Source of the DNA: a virus
Taxonomy: Duplodnaviria > Caudoviricetes
Length of the DNA stretch: 64,000 nucleotides
Virus record (IMG/VR): IMGVR_UViG_3300007513_000003
Strand: one strand, 5' to 3'
Shown here piece after piece: positions 26,650 to 36,149 of this stretch; position 1 is the stretch's first letter; every line of letters begins with the position of its first letter. The translations under genes and the position numbers were made by a program. The notes beneath the pieces were generated by a model that was not told the origin of the DNA, did no database searches, and was given only the letters and a program-made list of their open reading frames with translations.

Positions 26650-27156
26650 TTATTTATTGGTCAGACTAACACTTTCTACATTTAATGGAATATCACGTCT
26701 ATCTAATTTATTAATTTCTCTAGACTTTTCTCCGATTCCTCTTTCTTGTGCAAAACTAATCTTGGGCGTGCCATCTTGGTTGACGTCATCAATATAATAA
26801 TTTGCTATGAGAAACTCCTTGGTACTGGGATTGTCCGCACTAGGATCTTGTGTCGCGACTACGCGAGAAGGACTTTTAGATACTACAAACCAAAGCTCTG
26901 CCACGTCTGTTAATTTTGGTATTACCGTAAACTGTTGGCCCGGCACCATACCGCGCACTATTTGTTTTTGTTCCGCTTCCGACTTTTTCTTCATTAAAGT
27001 GGGGCCATTGGGATTATCTAGATCAATACGTTTATCTCTAAGATCTATACTAGTCTCTGTACTATCACCCGCATTAGAAGCCAGCGGCAAGGTTGTGCCT
27101 CGAACAGGTCCAGAAATTTGATATACTGCTTCTGTAAATAATTCTTCTAGCTTCAT
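26650..27156 (-). CDS. Putative internal head protein
   Basis: Leader MKLEELFTEA. Confidence 0.6.
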   Translation of the reverse strand: MKLEELFTEAVYQISGPVRGTTLPLASNAGDSTETSIDLRDKRIDLDNPNGPTLMKKKSEAEQKQIVRGMVPGQQFTVIPKLTDVAELWFVVSKSPSRVVATQDPSADNPSTKEFLIANYYIDDVNQDGTPKISFAQERGIGEKSREINKLDRRDIPLNVESVSLTNK

Positions 27157-27434
27157 TTGGAGGCCTTATTTAACCGTTGTTTCATAATGCTTGCCGGATT
27201 AGTTCTTTTTGTTCTAGCAGATTTTCTCGCAATTCTTGCTCCTAACTTTGCTTTAGTCATACGTAATTTAAAACGCTTTTTGATATCTGGAGCCGCAAAA
27301 CATTGGGCAGGTTTGGACACAATGCGTCCTTTTCTTCTGCCGCCGGTGCAACGATACTTTCGAACTAATTTATTTCCTTGGCGTTGCCATGCCATTTTTG
27401 TTTCGTTTATGCCAAAGAGTTCTTCTAAATACAT
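27153..27434 (-). CDS. Small basic putative internal head protein
   Basis: Leader MYLEELFGINE; K/R-rich with two Cys. Confidence 0.65.
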   Translation of the reverse strand: MYLEELFGINETKMAWQRQGNKLVRKYRCTGGRRKGRIVSKPAQCFAAPDIKKRFKLRMTKAKLGARIARKSARTKRTNPASIMKQRLNKASK

Positions 27435-28663
27435 TATAATGTATTTAGTAATTTTGCTACGTCTTTTTCAATTACACTGTAAGATACGTTAGCAAGAACA
27501 AAACTAAAAAAATCACCATTATGGGCGCTGTCTCTTGCAAGAAGTTTAAGATGCATATTTGGAAGTTTGCAGTTAGAGTCAACGCCTTCAAAATAATCGT
27601 CGTATAATCCGCTAGTTATACCTTTATATATTTTCACCATTGCTTTTTTTAAATTTCTAGAATCATACCCAATAACATTTTTTTGTGTTTTAATTACTAA
27701 GTAATCCATCATAGCCTCTTCTTGGGCAATGACATTTATAAACGATCTGTTGTCTTTGTCTAAAACATATTCTCGTGTATTAATAAATTTAAGGTAATAC
27801 ATTAAATTCCGTATACCAGACGAACAGGTATACGCCTTGCATAATTCAGTAAATAACCCATTAAACTGTTGAAAATTAGCAAAGGAATAAAATATTATAT
27901 TGTTATATTCACACAAATCACGAACTATCGAAAAATTCTTACAAAAGTTTTGATATCGTGTTTGTATATCAAGACTACCGGTGTTTGCGTAATCTATAAC
28001 AGCCCTGTTGTAAATTGCTAAAAATTCTTCACCCGGCACCAATGTGTATGTGCCGTGTTCAATTACATTTTCAAATAAATCAATAAATTCAGAATTTATT
28101 GATAGTAACGAATTGATTCCTATATCATACCTTCTCCAGGCCGGAGGTACCCACAGCACAATATTTGGTTTTATAATATCAATTAATTGATATAATTGTA
28201 CTGTATTTAAATCTGAACTAGCACCAGGTGTACCAAGGTTAAAAACTTCAACGTCATTGGTATTAAATTGAGCAGATATTAATTTTTTGAGTTGTTCTGC
28301 CCAAGTGCTACTATCGTCTATTCCTAAACCAAATGCGTGACTGCATCCAATGGTTACTATTTTTAATTTTGCATCTGAATTAAAGCTAGGACCGCGATAT
28401 CCGTGTGCATTTAAGGTATACTTGACTGTTTTGCCTTTCCAATACGGATTTATTATTTTTTTATCGTACTCAAAAAAATCAAACTCATAAGTTCGTGAAG
28501 GATTTAATATATAATTATTATAAATCTCATAACCGTATATATTATTTGGACCTGAAAAGTCTTCACCTTCTGGAAATAACGGCGGTTTAGATAAAGCTGA
28601 TAATTCAGGATCCCAAAATCCCTTCGTCCACTTTGAAGTGCTACGATATTCTTCGTAATTCAT
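27434..28663 (-). CDS. SGNH/GDSL-like hydrolase-domain protein
   Basis: LNAHGYRG, IVTIGCSHAFG, TWAEQL, FNLGTPGASSD. Confidence 0.65.
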   Translation of the reverse strand: MNYEEYRSTSKWTKGFWDPELSALSKPPLFPEGEDFSGPNNIYGYEIYNNYILNPSRTYEFDFFEYDKKIINPYWKGKTVKYTLNAHGYRGPSFNSDAKLKIVTIGCSHAFGLGIDDSSTWAEQLKKLISAQFNTNDVEVFNLGTPGASSDLNTVQLYQLIDIIKPNIVLWVPPAWRRYDIGINSLLSINSEFIDLFENVIEHGTYTLVPGEEFLAIYNRAVIDYANTGSLDIQTRYQNFCKNFSIVRDLCEYNNIIFYSFANFQQFNGLFTELCKAYTCSSGIRNLMYYLKFINTREYVLDKDNRSFINVIAQEEAMMDYLVIKTQKNVIGYDSRNLKKAMVKIYKGITSGLYDDYFEGVDSNCKLPNMHLKLLARDSAHNGDFFSFVLANVSYSVIEKDVAKLLNTL

Positions 28664-28675
28664 ATACGATACTTA

Positions 28676-28924
28676 TTATTGAATGGTTAATAGATAGATC
28701 AATGCTGAAAATAGTGCGGTGATAATGGAGCCACTAAGGACCCACATAGATTTGTATTTGTTTTTTTCTTGGACTAGCAAGTTATGCCTAATCTCATCGA
28801 GTTGCTGTTCAATGACAGTCAAACGACTTTCGATTCGTTCCATATTCTCCTCCAGGTACCCGTATCTCTCTGAGCAAATCTCAACGTGTGCCTCAAGGCT
28901 CTGCCTTTCAATTTCTGATGGCAT
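28676..28924 (-). CDS. Coiled-coil protein with C-terminal TM helix (holin/XhlA-like)
   Basis: SD AGGAG; heptads followed by WVLSGSIITALFSALIYLL. Confidence 0.6.
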   Translation of the reverse strand: MPSEIERQSLEAHVEICSERYGYLEENMERIESRLTVIEQQLDEIRHNLLVQEKNKYKSMWVLSGSIITALFSALIYLLTIQ

Positions 28925-28949
28925 AACAACTCCTAAAATGTGTAATAAT

Positions 28950-29040
28950 GCCTACCGCCCGCCCTGTATTATATGTGCCTTTTATATGCCTCTTCATTTC
29001 GCCTAAAATGAGCCTAAGTCTTTGCCTAGTACTGTATTTA
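28950..29040 (-). promoter_or_regulatory. Late promoter plus 5' leader with six AGGC motifs
   Basis: TAAATA at 29035-29040; GCCT on plus at 28950, 28977, 28988, 29001, 29012 and 29024. Confidence 0.55.
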
Positions 29041-29051
29041 CTCAAAAATTT

Positions 29052-29603
29052 CTAGAAATTAACTAATAGTTTATCGGAGGAAGTAATATAAATGTTTTTA
29101 ATTTTAGGGTTTAAAGCATTCCAAACGGGGGTTTTTATTTTAGCAGTTTCTGTTAAATTTAAAATAACTGGAACGTTTGTTAGATCTTTCATTAATCCAG
29201 ATGCAGGTATGGCTTCTTCGCCTCGCTCTAGATATAATCCAGGTTGTTCAACAGTAAAGGAAGTAGTCCAAAAAACATGTTTTCCTTTAAATGAAGATCC
29301 AAAATTTAAAGCTTTGATGTCGTCTACTGAATATTTTTGGGGTTTTTCGATATACATAGGATTGCCGCGTAAACTAATAGTTTGAATTAAAGTTTCTAAA
29401 TTACTTTGTTGTCCTCTACTTTTATTCCAAGACTTTTCATTATTAACCAATTGATTAATGTCATCTACAAAAGCAGGGGCGTCAGGTCTGTATTGTGCTA
29501 CAAGGCCAGTTTGTGATATATCAATTAAAGTATGTATTGTCAAAAACTCACCAACACCTGAACCAAATCTGCCGCCGGCGGCTAATCCTTTTTCTCTTGC
29601 CAT
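29052..29603 (-). CDS. Hypothetical late protein
   Basis: 183-aa ORF; CTAAATA upstream. Confidence 0.65.
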   Translation of the reverse strand: MAREKGLAAGGRFGSGVGEFLTIHTLIDISQTGLVAQYRPDAPAFVDDINQLVNNEKSWNKSRGQQSNLETLIQTISLRGNPMYIEKPQKYSVDDIKALNFGSSFKGKHVFWTTSFTVEQPGLYLERGEEAIPASGLMKDLTNVPVILNLTETAKIKTPVWNALNPKIKNIYITSSDKLLVNF

Positions 29604-29653
29604 TTGTATACCTATAATATGCTACTATTATATTTAGTATAGATTATTTAGCC

Positions 29654-29683
29654 AAATAAAAAGCGGAATGTTACCATTCCGCT
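29654..29683 (-). terminator. Rho-independent terminator
   Basis: AGCGGAATG-loop-CATTCCGCT with a U-tract on minus. Confidence 0.8.
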
Positions 29684-29706
29684 GTTTTATTATATAATAT
29701 ATTAAA

Positions 29707-30078
29707 TTATAGAACGTATGTTTTTGCTGTTACTGTTGCTGATGCAAAGTTTACAGAATCAACTGTACCCAAAGCAATTAAAACATCTTCTAAGTGAGCG
29801 GCCAATGTTTCACTGGCTGAGCCATCATATGTGTCTGTACCGTATTCACCCTCGACACAAACTGAAATATTGTTGTCTGCACTATGTAGTGCGCCAATAA
29901 TTACAATGTTAAAGCCTGCGCCTTGAATTGCATCCATGGCGGCTGCTACTGCTGATGTTGGGCCTAGCTTTCCTGAAACATCTGCGCCAAAATCAATATC
30001 TAAGTGTGCTAATGTTTTACCTAGAAAATTGGTGCTAAGACCAAATGATGCAGGTACTGTTCTTGTTACTGAAGCCAT
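29707..30078 (-). CDS. Abundant small virion protein (possible head decoration)
   Basis: Own late promoter (30110-30116), SD AGGAG and own terminator; A/V/T-rich. Confidence 0.6.
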   Translation of the reverse strand: MASVTRTVPASFGLSTNFLGKTLAHLDIDFGADVSGKLGPTSAVAAAMDAIQGAGFNIVIIGALHSADNNISVCVEGEYGTDTYDGSASETLAAHLEDVLIALGTVDSVNFASATVTAKTYVL

Positions 30079-30130
30079 TTTAAATCTCCTAATCTAGCGT
30101 TGTTATCTTTATTTATATACAAAAATACAA

Positions 30131-30163
30131 AATAAAAAAGCGGGATATTTCTATCCCGCTTTT
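30131..30163 (-). terminator. Rho-independent terminator
   Basis: 12-bp stem AAAAGCGGGATA/TATCCCGCTTTT. Confidence 0.8.
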
Positions 30164-30216
30164 CTTGGAATCATTTGTTTCTAGCAATGCTAAAAACTGT
30201 GATTTTACGCTAATAA

Positions 30217-30546
30217 TTAAGCTAAGCTAACACCTGTGATTGTTTTGACACTTAGTGTTTGTGCGGCAATTGCGTCTAGACGTGCTTCTAGTGCTGTCCA
30301 TACTGCGCCTGAACCGGCTGCAATGTGAGCGTGTGCGCCTGAAAGACCTACTACGAAGCCAGCGGCTGTAACTGTGCCTACGAACTCAACTGTACCGTGC
30401 TGTGCAATTGCTTCTAGTGCTAGTTGTGCATCTGTATCTGTTGTAAAGTCGCCACCTGTTGAACATACCCATGTAATGTCACGAACACCTGCGTACTCTG
30501 AATTATCTTGTGCTGTTGAATAAGCTGGATTTGTATAACCTGCCAT
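30217..30546 (-). CDS. Abundant small virion protein (possible paralog of neighbour)
   Basis: Own late promoter (30600-30606), SD AGGAG and own terminator. Confidence 0.6.
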   Translation of the reverse strand: MAGYTNPAYSTAQDNSEYAGVRDITWVCSTGGDFTTDTDAQLALEAIAQHGTVEFVGTVTAAGFVVGLSGAHAHIAAGSGAVWTALEARLDAIAAQTLSVKTITGVSLA

Positions 30547-30646
30547 TTTTCTAATCTCCTATATCTTGTAATGTATAGATTTCTCTATACCGTTAATATT
30601 ATTTATATCTAATTAGAAAAAATAAACTACGCTATTTCATTGCATA

Positions 30647-31336
30647 TTATTTATTGGCTAGCCACTTTCCTATTCCTTTGCCTACCACATAACCACCGGC
30701 TGTCGCTAGTGCAATTTTTGCTGGTGTACTAATGCCTGTTTTTTCTGGATCTTTAGCACTTTTATCTTCATATCCACCCTTACGCATAAATCCTTCATAT
30801 GGGCCGCGTAAATCACTTTTAGGTGTTTTGGCCCTCAATGCCTGTAACAATCTAGTAGTACCTTGCTTGCGCTCAGTACCATATAATCTATTCCAATCAC
30901 TTAACAATCTTCTTACAGCACTATACTGCCCATTTCTAATACCTAAATTACGCTCTAAACTCATTAAAAATTGTTTGTCGAAGTTCGGATTAGCCTTACC
31001 TTGTGCCACATCTCTGAGATACCTTTTAAATTGTAATAAAGGCATACTTGCCCTACCAACTGGGCCAATTTGATTTGCGTATCTTTCTGGATTACTAAAA
31101 ACAGCTACCCAGTTGTGTAAATCTGTTGCTGTTGATCTAATATTACTGAAATCTTGATATTGCAAAGTTTTTCTAGCATATTCTGATGCCTGCGCGGCTG
31201 TGCTGGGATCAAATCGCATTGCCTGCAATGATAATACCGTCAAGTAAATACTTTCTGCCACTTGTTCAGCACTAAGATTCAAACCACGCTGGGTGCGTAG
31301 TGCTCGTGCTTCTGTTAAATCTTTAATAAAACCCAT
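30647..31336 (-). CDS. Putative virion protein
   Basis: Start moved to MGFIKDLTEA after SD AAGGAG. Confidence 0.65.
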   Translation of the reverse strand: MGFIKDLTEARALRTQRGLNLSAEQVAESIYLTVLSLQAMRFDPSTAAQASEYARKTLQYQDFSNIRSTATDLHNWVAVFSNPERYANQIGPVGRASMPLLQFKRYLRDVAQGKANPNFDKQFLMSLERNLGIRNGQYSAVRRLLSDWNRLYGTERKQGTTRLLQALRAKTPKSDLRGPYEGFMRKGGYEDKSAKDPEKTGISTPAKIALATAGGYVVGKGIGKWLANK

Positions 31337-32679
31337 CAACCCCACTCCTTTTGACTTAAAAAGTTTCTTCTTGAAAACTCCATTCTATCTACTAATTTTA
31401 CGGCATTACCTATTCTATCAATTGCTACAAAACCCTCGGGGTCTGCTACCTCGTAGCCGCCATCTGTTTTATAAAATGTTCCAATACCTTCTACTTTGTT
31501 TAATTTGTTTACTAAGATCATTTTAATCTGTACGATTTGTTTATATATGCCAAGTATTGCTAATAATGTATTACTGTTATCTTCGATAAACTGTTTGTTT
31601 GCTTCTATTTTTTGTACACGCGCCTGTCCTGCAGGCCCTTCAATACCAGTTTTTAGTTTATCAATTTCGGCTTGCATACGATCATCATAATAGTTAATAA
31701 AGTCTTGCAAGAAATTTGTAGCATTGGATACTTGTCCTTCTCCTTGGCGAATCTTTTCGTTAATAAAGATGGGAATATATTTCATAAACTCTTCATTTTT
31801 CAACATTGTGTTGAATTTTGAGGCATTTGTTTTAGATAAAATATCACTCATCTTCTCAACACCGCGCCTTACAGAATCTGTTTCTCTTGCAGTTAATGTA
31901 GCAACGCCTGTTAAATCTTTATACGTAGCATCATCCATCCAAACTTTTTTGTTACCTTCTGGTGCTATTACACCATATTGTGTTTGCATGTCACTAATCT
32001 CAGGCCCGCCAGTATATTGCGTATGCCATACTATACCAAAGTCTGCGGCCAGTAATTGCTGTGCTAATTCACTGCCGACAGGGACAGCATATGTAATTTC
32101 TTGTGGTCTAAAAGCAATATATTTTTCCCCTTCAATAGTTACTGTTTTTAAATCACCTTTAGCAAACATAAAGTCGCCATGCAGTATGCCATCAAAGTTT
32201 AATTTTGGCAATTCTTTTAAAGCCATCTTAAACTTATTACGCAGGCCTGCTCTTGTCTTACCTTTTTCTAAACCAGCATCAGAATGGTTCTTGTCAATAT
32301 CTTTAGGTGTTTTGTTTAATTTAGGATTTTTATTAAAAAAGCCGTGCTTTGTTGCTACAAAAAACTTACCGTCCTTTGGATCAGTGCCAGCAACAATAGC
32401 AGGAGCACCATCCCACTTAGTTGTTATTTTGGTACGTTTGCCTCCGTGTCCGGAAAGCATACCAGCAACGTTGGCCAAATAGTTTAATGCTTGTTTAGCG
32501 CCTTTGTATCCTTGCGTAAATACCAAGTCTTCAAGGTGTGTCATATGTGTGCGGTCTTCTTTTTCAAAAAGCCATTTAGATTCGTTAATAAGATTTCCTT
32601 CGCGGTCTTTGCGTGGTGCACGGTCCTTGCGACGTTTTGCTCTTGCTGGTCGTTCTTCGTGTAGATCAGATATCTTCAT
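31336..32679 (-). CDS. Ligase-like covalent nucleotidyltransferase-fold protein (recalled as DUF6267-like)
   Basis: TTKWDGAP (motif I KxDG), LHGDFMF, PEGFVA (motif IV), VKLVDR (motif V); leader MKISDLHEE. Confidence 0.6.
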   Translation of the reverse strand: MKISDLHEERPARAKRRKDRAPRKDREGNLINESKWLFEKEDRTHMTHLEDLVFTQGYKGAKQALNYLANVAGMLSGHGGKRTKITTKWDGAPAIVAGTDPKDGKFFVATKHGFFNKNPKLNKTPKDIDKNHSDAGLEKGKTRAGLRNKFKMALKELPKLNFDGILHGDFMFAKGDLKTVTIEGEKYIAFRPQEITYAVPVGSELAQQLLAADFGIVWHTQYTGGPEISDMQTQYGVIAPEGNKKVWMDDATYKDLTGVATLTARETDSVRRGVEKMSDILSKTNASKFNTMLKNEEFMKYIPIFINEKIRQGEGQVSNATNFLQDFINYYDDRMQAEIDKLKTGIEGPAGQARVQKIEANKQFIEDNSNTLLAILGIYKQIVQIKMILVNKLNKVEGIGTFYKTDGGYEVADPEGFVAIDRIGNAVKLVDRMEFSRRNFLSQKEWG

Positions 32680-32911
32680 TATTAACAATATCCAATAATT
32701 CTGTTATAGCATCACTAAAACGTTTTTTAGTTGCTTCATCAACATCGTCCCAATCTATTTTAATCCAATCATCTACAACGTTTTCTAATTCGCCGGACAT
32801 TTGATCTACAATACCACTTGTTTTACCTGGTGGGAATCTTTTATAACGTGGGGGCGGCCGCCTAGTTAAAACTTTTGAGTCTACGTACGGCGATATTTCA
32901 CTCAGTTTCAC
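32666..32911 (-). CDS. Small putative internal head protein
   Basis: GTG start giving MKLSEIS. Confidence 0.5.
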   Translation of the reverse strand: MKLSEISPYVDSKVLTRRPPPRYKRFPPGKTSGIVDQMSGELENVVDDWIKIDWDDVDEATKKRFSDAITELLDIVNNEDI

Positions 32912-33152
32912 TGTCGCCCGCCTTGCGAATACTACGCACAAATTTTTTATTATCTTGTCCGCGTATACTATTAAGAAGTCGTCTTTCTAGTTCAGAAGCA
33001 GTAGCATGGTCATAGTTTTCATAAATATTATTAATAAGATTTACTGCACTGTCAATGATATGTATAGCGCGACTTTCAATAATCGCACTCTTATTTTTCT
33101 CGCTATATAGAGAATTCAATTCTTCAAGTATAGTTCTAGTTTTACGTTTCAT
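32898..33152 (-). CDS. Small late protein
   Basis: Start moved to MKRKTRTILEEL; CTAAATA upstream. Confidence 0.65.
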   Translation of the reverse strand: MKRKTRTILEELNSLYSEKNKSAIIESRAIHIIDSAVNLINNIYENYDHATASELERRLLNSIRGQDNKKFVRSIRKAGDSETE

Positions 33153-33193
33153 ATTAATATACACTCTGTATATATTTAGTTAAATTTCCACTA

Positions 33194-33682
33194 TTAATTG
33201 TTAAATTTTGCTTTCTTATTAATAGATGTCCAACCAAATCCTCTAACAGAGTAGTAACAAGAAACAACTTTCCAACTTGGAATTTTAGGTTCTGCTGATT
33301 CCATTCCCAATTTGAATATATTGTCTGCTTGTTTTCGAAGGCTTTTGATACTTGTTTTGTCTAAAGCGCCTTGGTCTTTGTGTTTTCTAATAGCACCGTA
33401 AAGAGCATCATGTATAACTGCACCACGGGCAACATCCCACGGAGAAATAATACTCCACATTGCTCTGGATATTGATGCTAAATCTGTTTTATATCCAACT
33501 GGAGCTGTGATCATAATATGATCATCAGTTTCTCTAATTTTTACATCTGTAAGTTTCCAAACTGACATTGAATTAACAATATCAGCAACTCTACTTTTTT
33601 CAATCTCAAATGTAAGAGACTCAGTTAATACCCATTCTCTCGGGCCAAGAAAATCTGCTTGTAAATAATCATGCCACCGCAT
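33194..33682 (-). CDS. DUF1353-family protein
   Basis: APVGYKTDLASIS..W, AVIHDALY, RKQADNIF. Confidence 0.8.
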   Translation of the reverse strand: MRWHDYLQADFLGPREWVLTESLTFEIEKSRVADIVNSMSVWKLTDVKIRETDDHIMITAPVGYKTDLASISRAMWSIISPWDVARGAVIHDALYGAIRKHKDQGALDKTSIKSLRKQADNIFKLGMESAEPKIPSWKVVSCYYSVRGFGWTSINKKAKFNN

Positions 33683-33714
33683 AGTATAAATTCCTGTTAG
33701 GTTGTTTATACTAT

Positions 33715-35133
33715 TTATAATTCCTCGTTGTTTCGCATGTTGCTGAGTAGAGAACGAATTTTACTACCACTTGCTTCTGCTGTAACTTTGGGAGCATCAC
33801 CTGCACTACTGACTGTTGCACTTCTGTTAATTTTGTTGAATATGTCTGTTTGGGATCCTGCTGGTGTATATTCTGTGCTTTCATCATTTTGATATGACTG
33901 TGCATCTTCTCCCAGATCTCTAATACGTAAACTTTCCAAATCAAATTCTAGATCAAGTTTTTGGCCAACACCACTACTACTTCTAGTTTTCATAAACTGT
34001 ATTTGATATCTTCCACGCTCACGCATTGCTCTACTTGTAAAAATACCAATAACATTGTCTGCTGTATTAACTTTACTAATACCGCCTGCAATATGTGAAT
34101 GATCAAACTCAATTTCATCCACAGCACCTCTGTTTAACTGCGATGCTGTAACTAATACAGTGTCTAGTTCTTTAGCAAAGTTTCTTAGTTCTTCTGCTAC
34201 ATACTTGTCTTTAACAAACAAATCACTTGGTGCTACTTTAGCACTTACCGGCATACACAGATCTAAGTAATCAATCAAAATCGCATCTGGCTTTATACCC
34301 TTTTGCACACTTAATTCTTTTACATAACTGCGAAAATCATTAATGTTACTTTGTGCTGGCATATACTTAATTTGTAATTTACCCGCCTTCTTAGATACTA
34401 ACTTAATTTTCATTTCAACTGTATCAAGATCTTTAAAAATTTCTTTTGTTGCAATGTTAGATATCATACTGTCAATACGCATTGCTGTAAGTTCTTCGCT
34501 TAATTCCAATGTAAAATATAAAACATTTAATCCGGCCAATACCCAGTTAACTGCTACGTTTTGCATAAACAAACTTTTACCACTACCACTGCCACCTGCA
34601 AAAATATTTAACTCGCCCTTGTTAAAGCCACCAAACAGTTTCTTGTCAAACGTTGGCCAACCTGTGCTCAACTGTCCGTTATTAGATTTTAGCGATAGTA
34701 GTCTTTCTCTTGGATTGTCCCAATAGTCTGTACCCATATCTTTTGTAAGACCAATCTGTACTGCTTTCTTAATTTTAGACTCAACTAGGTTGTAGTCACC
34801 CTTTTCTAATAGATCAGCACTATCTAAAATTGCTCTCTCAAGTTCTTTATGCCTACTAAAAGTTTCAAACTCATCCATTAACCAATTAGTGTGGTCTTCT
34901 GCTACTTCTTCTATAATATTTAATTTAGAACCTGTTTTACTGTTTATTTGTTTTATTTCGGGCAAAGATTTATATTCATTCACATATTCTTTTATAAACT
35001 TTGCTACTGGACGCAAACTTCTATCAAAGTTTTGCGGATTAAAAATGTTCTGTACTCTTACGTATGCTTCCGGATTTGCCACAAGCATTTCAAGATACAG
35101 TTTTTGTAGATCTACGTTATACTCTTTGTTCAT
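33715..35133 (-). CDS. gp41: Replicative DnaB-like helicase (T4 gp41-like)
   Basis: AGGSGSGKS, FTLELSE, ILIDYLD, TASQLNRG, MKTRSS. Confidence 0.93.
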   Translation of the reverse strand: MNKEYNVDLQKLYLEMLVANPEAYVRVQNIFNPQNFDRSLRPVAKFIKEYVNEYKSLPEIKQINSKTGSKLNIIEEVAEDHTNWLMDEFETFSRHKELERAILDSADLLEKGDYNLVESKIKKAVQIGLTKDMGTDYWDNPRERLLSLKSNNGQLSTGWPTFDKKLFGGFNKGELNIFAGGSGSGKSLFMQNVAVNWVLAGLNVLYFTLELSEELTAMRIDSMISNIATKEIFKDLDTVEMKIKLVSKKAGKLQIKYMPAQSNINDFRSYVKELSVQKGIKPDAILIDYLDLCMPVSAKVAPSDLFVKDKYVAEELRNFAKELDTVLVTASQLNRGAVDEIEFDHSHIAGGISKVNTADNVIGIFTSRAMRERGRYQIQFMKTRSSSGVGQKLDLEFDLESLRIRDLGEDAQSYQNDESTEYTPAGSQTDIFNKINRSATVSSAGDAPKVTAEASGSKIRSLLSNMRNNEEL

Positions 35134-36100
35134 TTAGTCTTTTCTTTGCCATTAAGTTTATCTTGAGACTCGATGTCTCAACATTATCTATTATATTTTT
35201 TAGTGTAAATATTCTACCATATTGGACTATTGCTTCGTTTATATCCTTACAAGTGTCGTGCCACGTTGGAAAACTTACGTCCCAGTTATATTTTAGTGCT
35301 TGCTGTATAAGTTTGTTTCCGGCACTATCGTTATCAGGTACCATTATAACTTGCCTGTTTAAACTCTCAATCAAATCAACCTGTGCATCACTTATATCAC
35401 TGCCTAGTATAGCAACGCCTTCTACAGCAATAGCATCAAATGGGCCTTCTGTCACAATAACAAACTTGCGATCTTCTGTTTGCCCATCCATATTAAACAC
35501 AAACCCCTGTGGTGTGCTAGTAAAATATTTTGGATTACCACGCACAGTTAAACGTGCGGTGTATCCTACAATTTCTCCTTTCCAAAAGAATGGTATTATT
35601 ACACGCCTGTCAAACTTTGTTTCTGTTATTGGCGTCCAATAAAAATTGTAGTCATTAATACTTAGCCCTCTGTTTGCCAAATACTTTACAATTTGGGTAT
35701 TATCGCTTTTTAGCAGGTTGCTTTCTTTTGGAAAATCTTTAAGTTCAAAGTTAAACTCTGTTTCTTCTTCAATAAGATCGTGTTCAATAGCAGTTTCTTT
35801 TAACTGTATTGCTGTTAATACAAGGCGCTTAATATCACCTTCCGGAACACTTAGCCACGACATTAACTGCCGCATTTTTCTGCTTAAATGTCTTCCGGGT
35901 TGCCAGCCTGTTTTATACCCACAGTTGAAACAATTATATGAGATCGCCTCACCGTTGATTATAATACCGCCTCGGCCACGCTTATCTTGTGTTTCTCCGT
36001 TATGTATGCAACAAGGCGCATTAAATGAATTCCAGCCACTAGAACTTTTCTTTACCCTTCCAGGCAAATTGTTCATAATAACTGACTGTACTAAGTTCAT
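35117..36100 (-). CDS. gp61: DNA primase (Zn-finger plus TOPRIM; T4 gp61-like)
   Basis: CCIH..CFNC, RRVIIPF, VTEGPFDA, VPDND. Start moved to ATG 36100. Confidence 0.9.
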   Translation of the reverse strand: MNLVQSVIMNNLPGRVKKSSSGWNSFNAPCCIHNGETQDKRGRGGIIINGEAISYNCFNCGYKTGWQPGRHLSRKMRQLMSWLSVPEGDIKRLVLTAIQLKETAIEHDLIEEETEFNFELKDFPKESNLLKSDNTQIVKYLANRGLSINDYNFYWTPITETKFDRRVIIPFFWKGEIVGYTARLTVRGNPKYFTSTPQGFVFNMDGQTEDRKFVIVTEGPFDAIAVEGVAILGSDISDAQVDLIESLNRQVIMVPDNDSAGNKLIQQALKYNWDVSFPTWHDTCKDINEAIVQYGRIFTLKNIIDNVETSSLKINLMAKKRLNEQRV

Positions 36101-36106
36101 AGTACT

Positions 36107-36135
36107 ATTATACAACCTGATGTGCTATATGTCAA
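36107..36135 (-). promoter_or_regulatory. Consensus sigma70 promoter; leaderless primase mRNA
   Basis: TTGACA-17-TATAAT, then 6 nt to ATG 36100. Confidence 0.85.
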
Positions 36136-36149
36136 GAATCATAATGATA

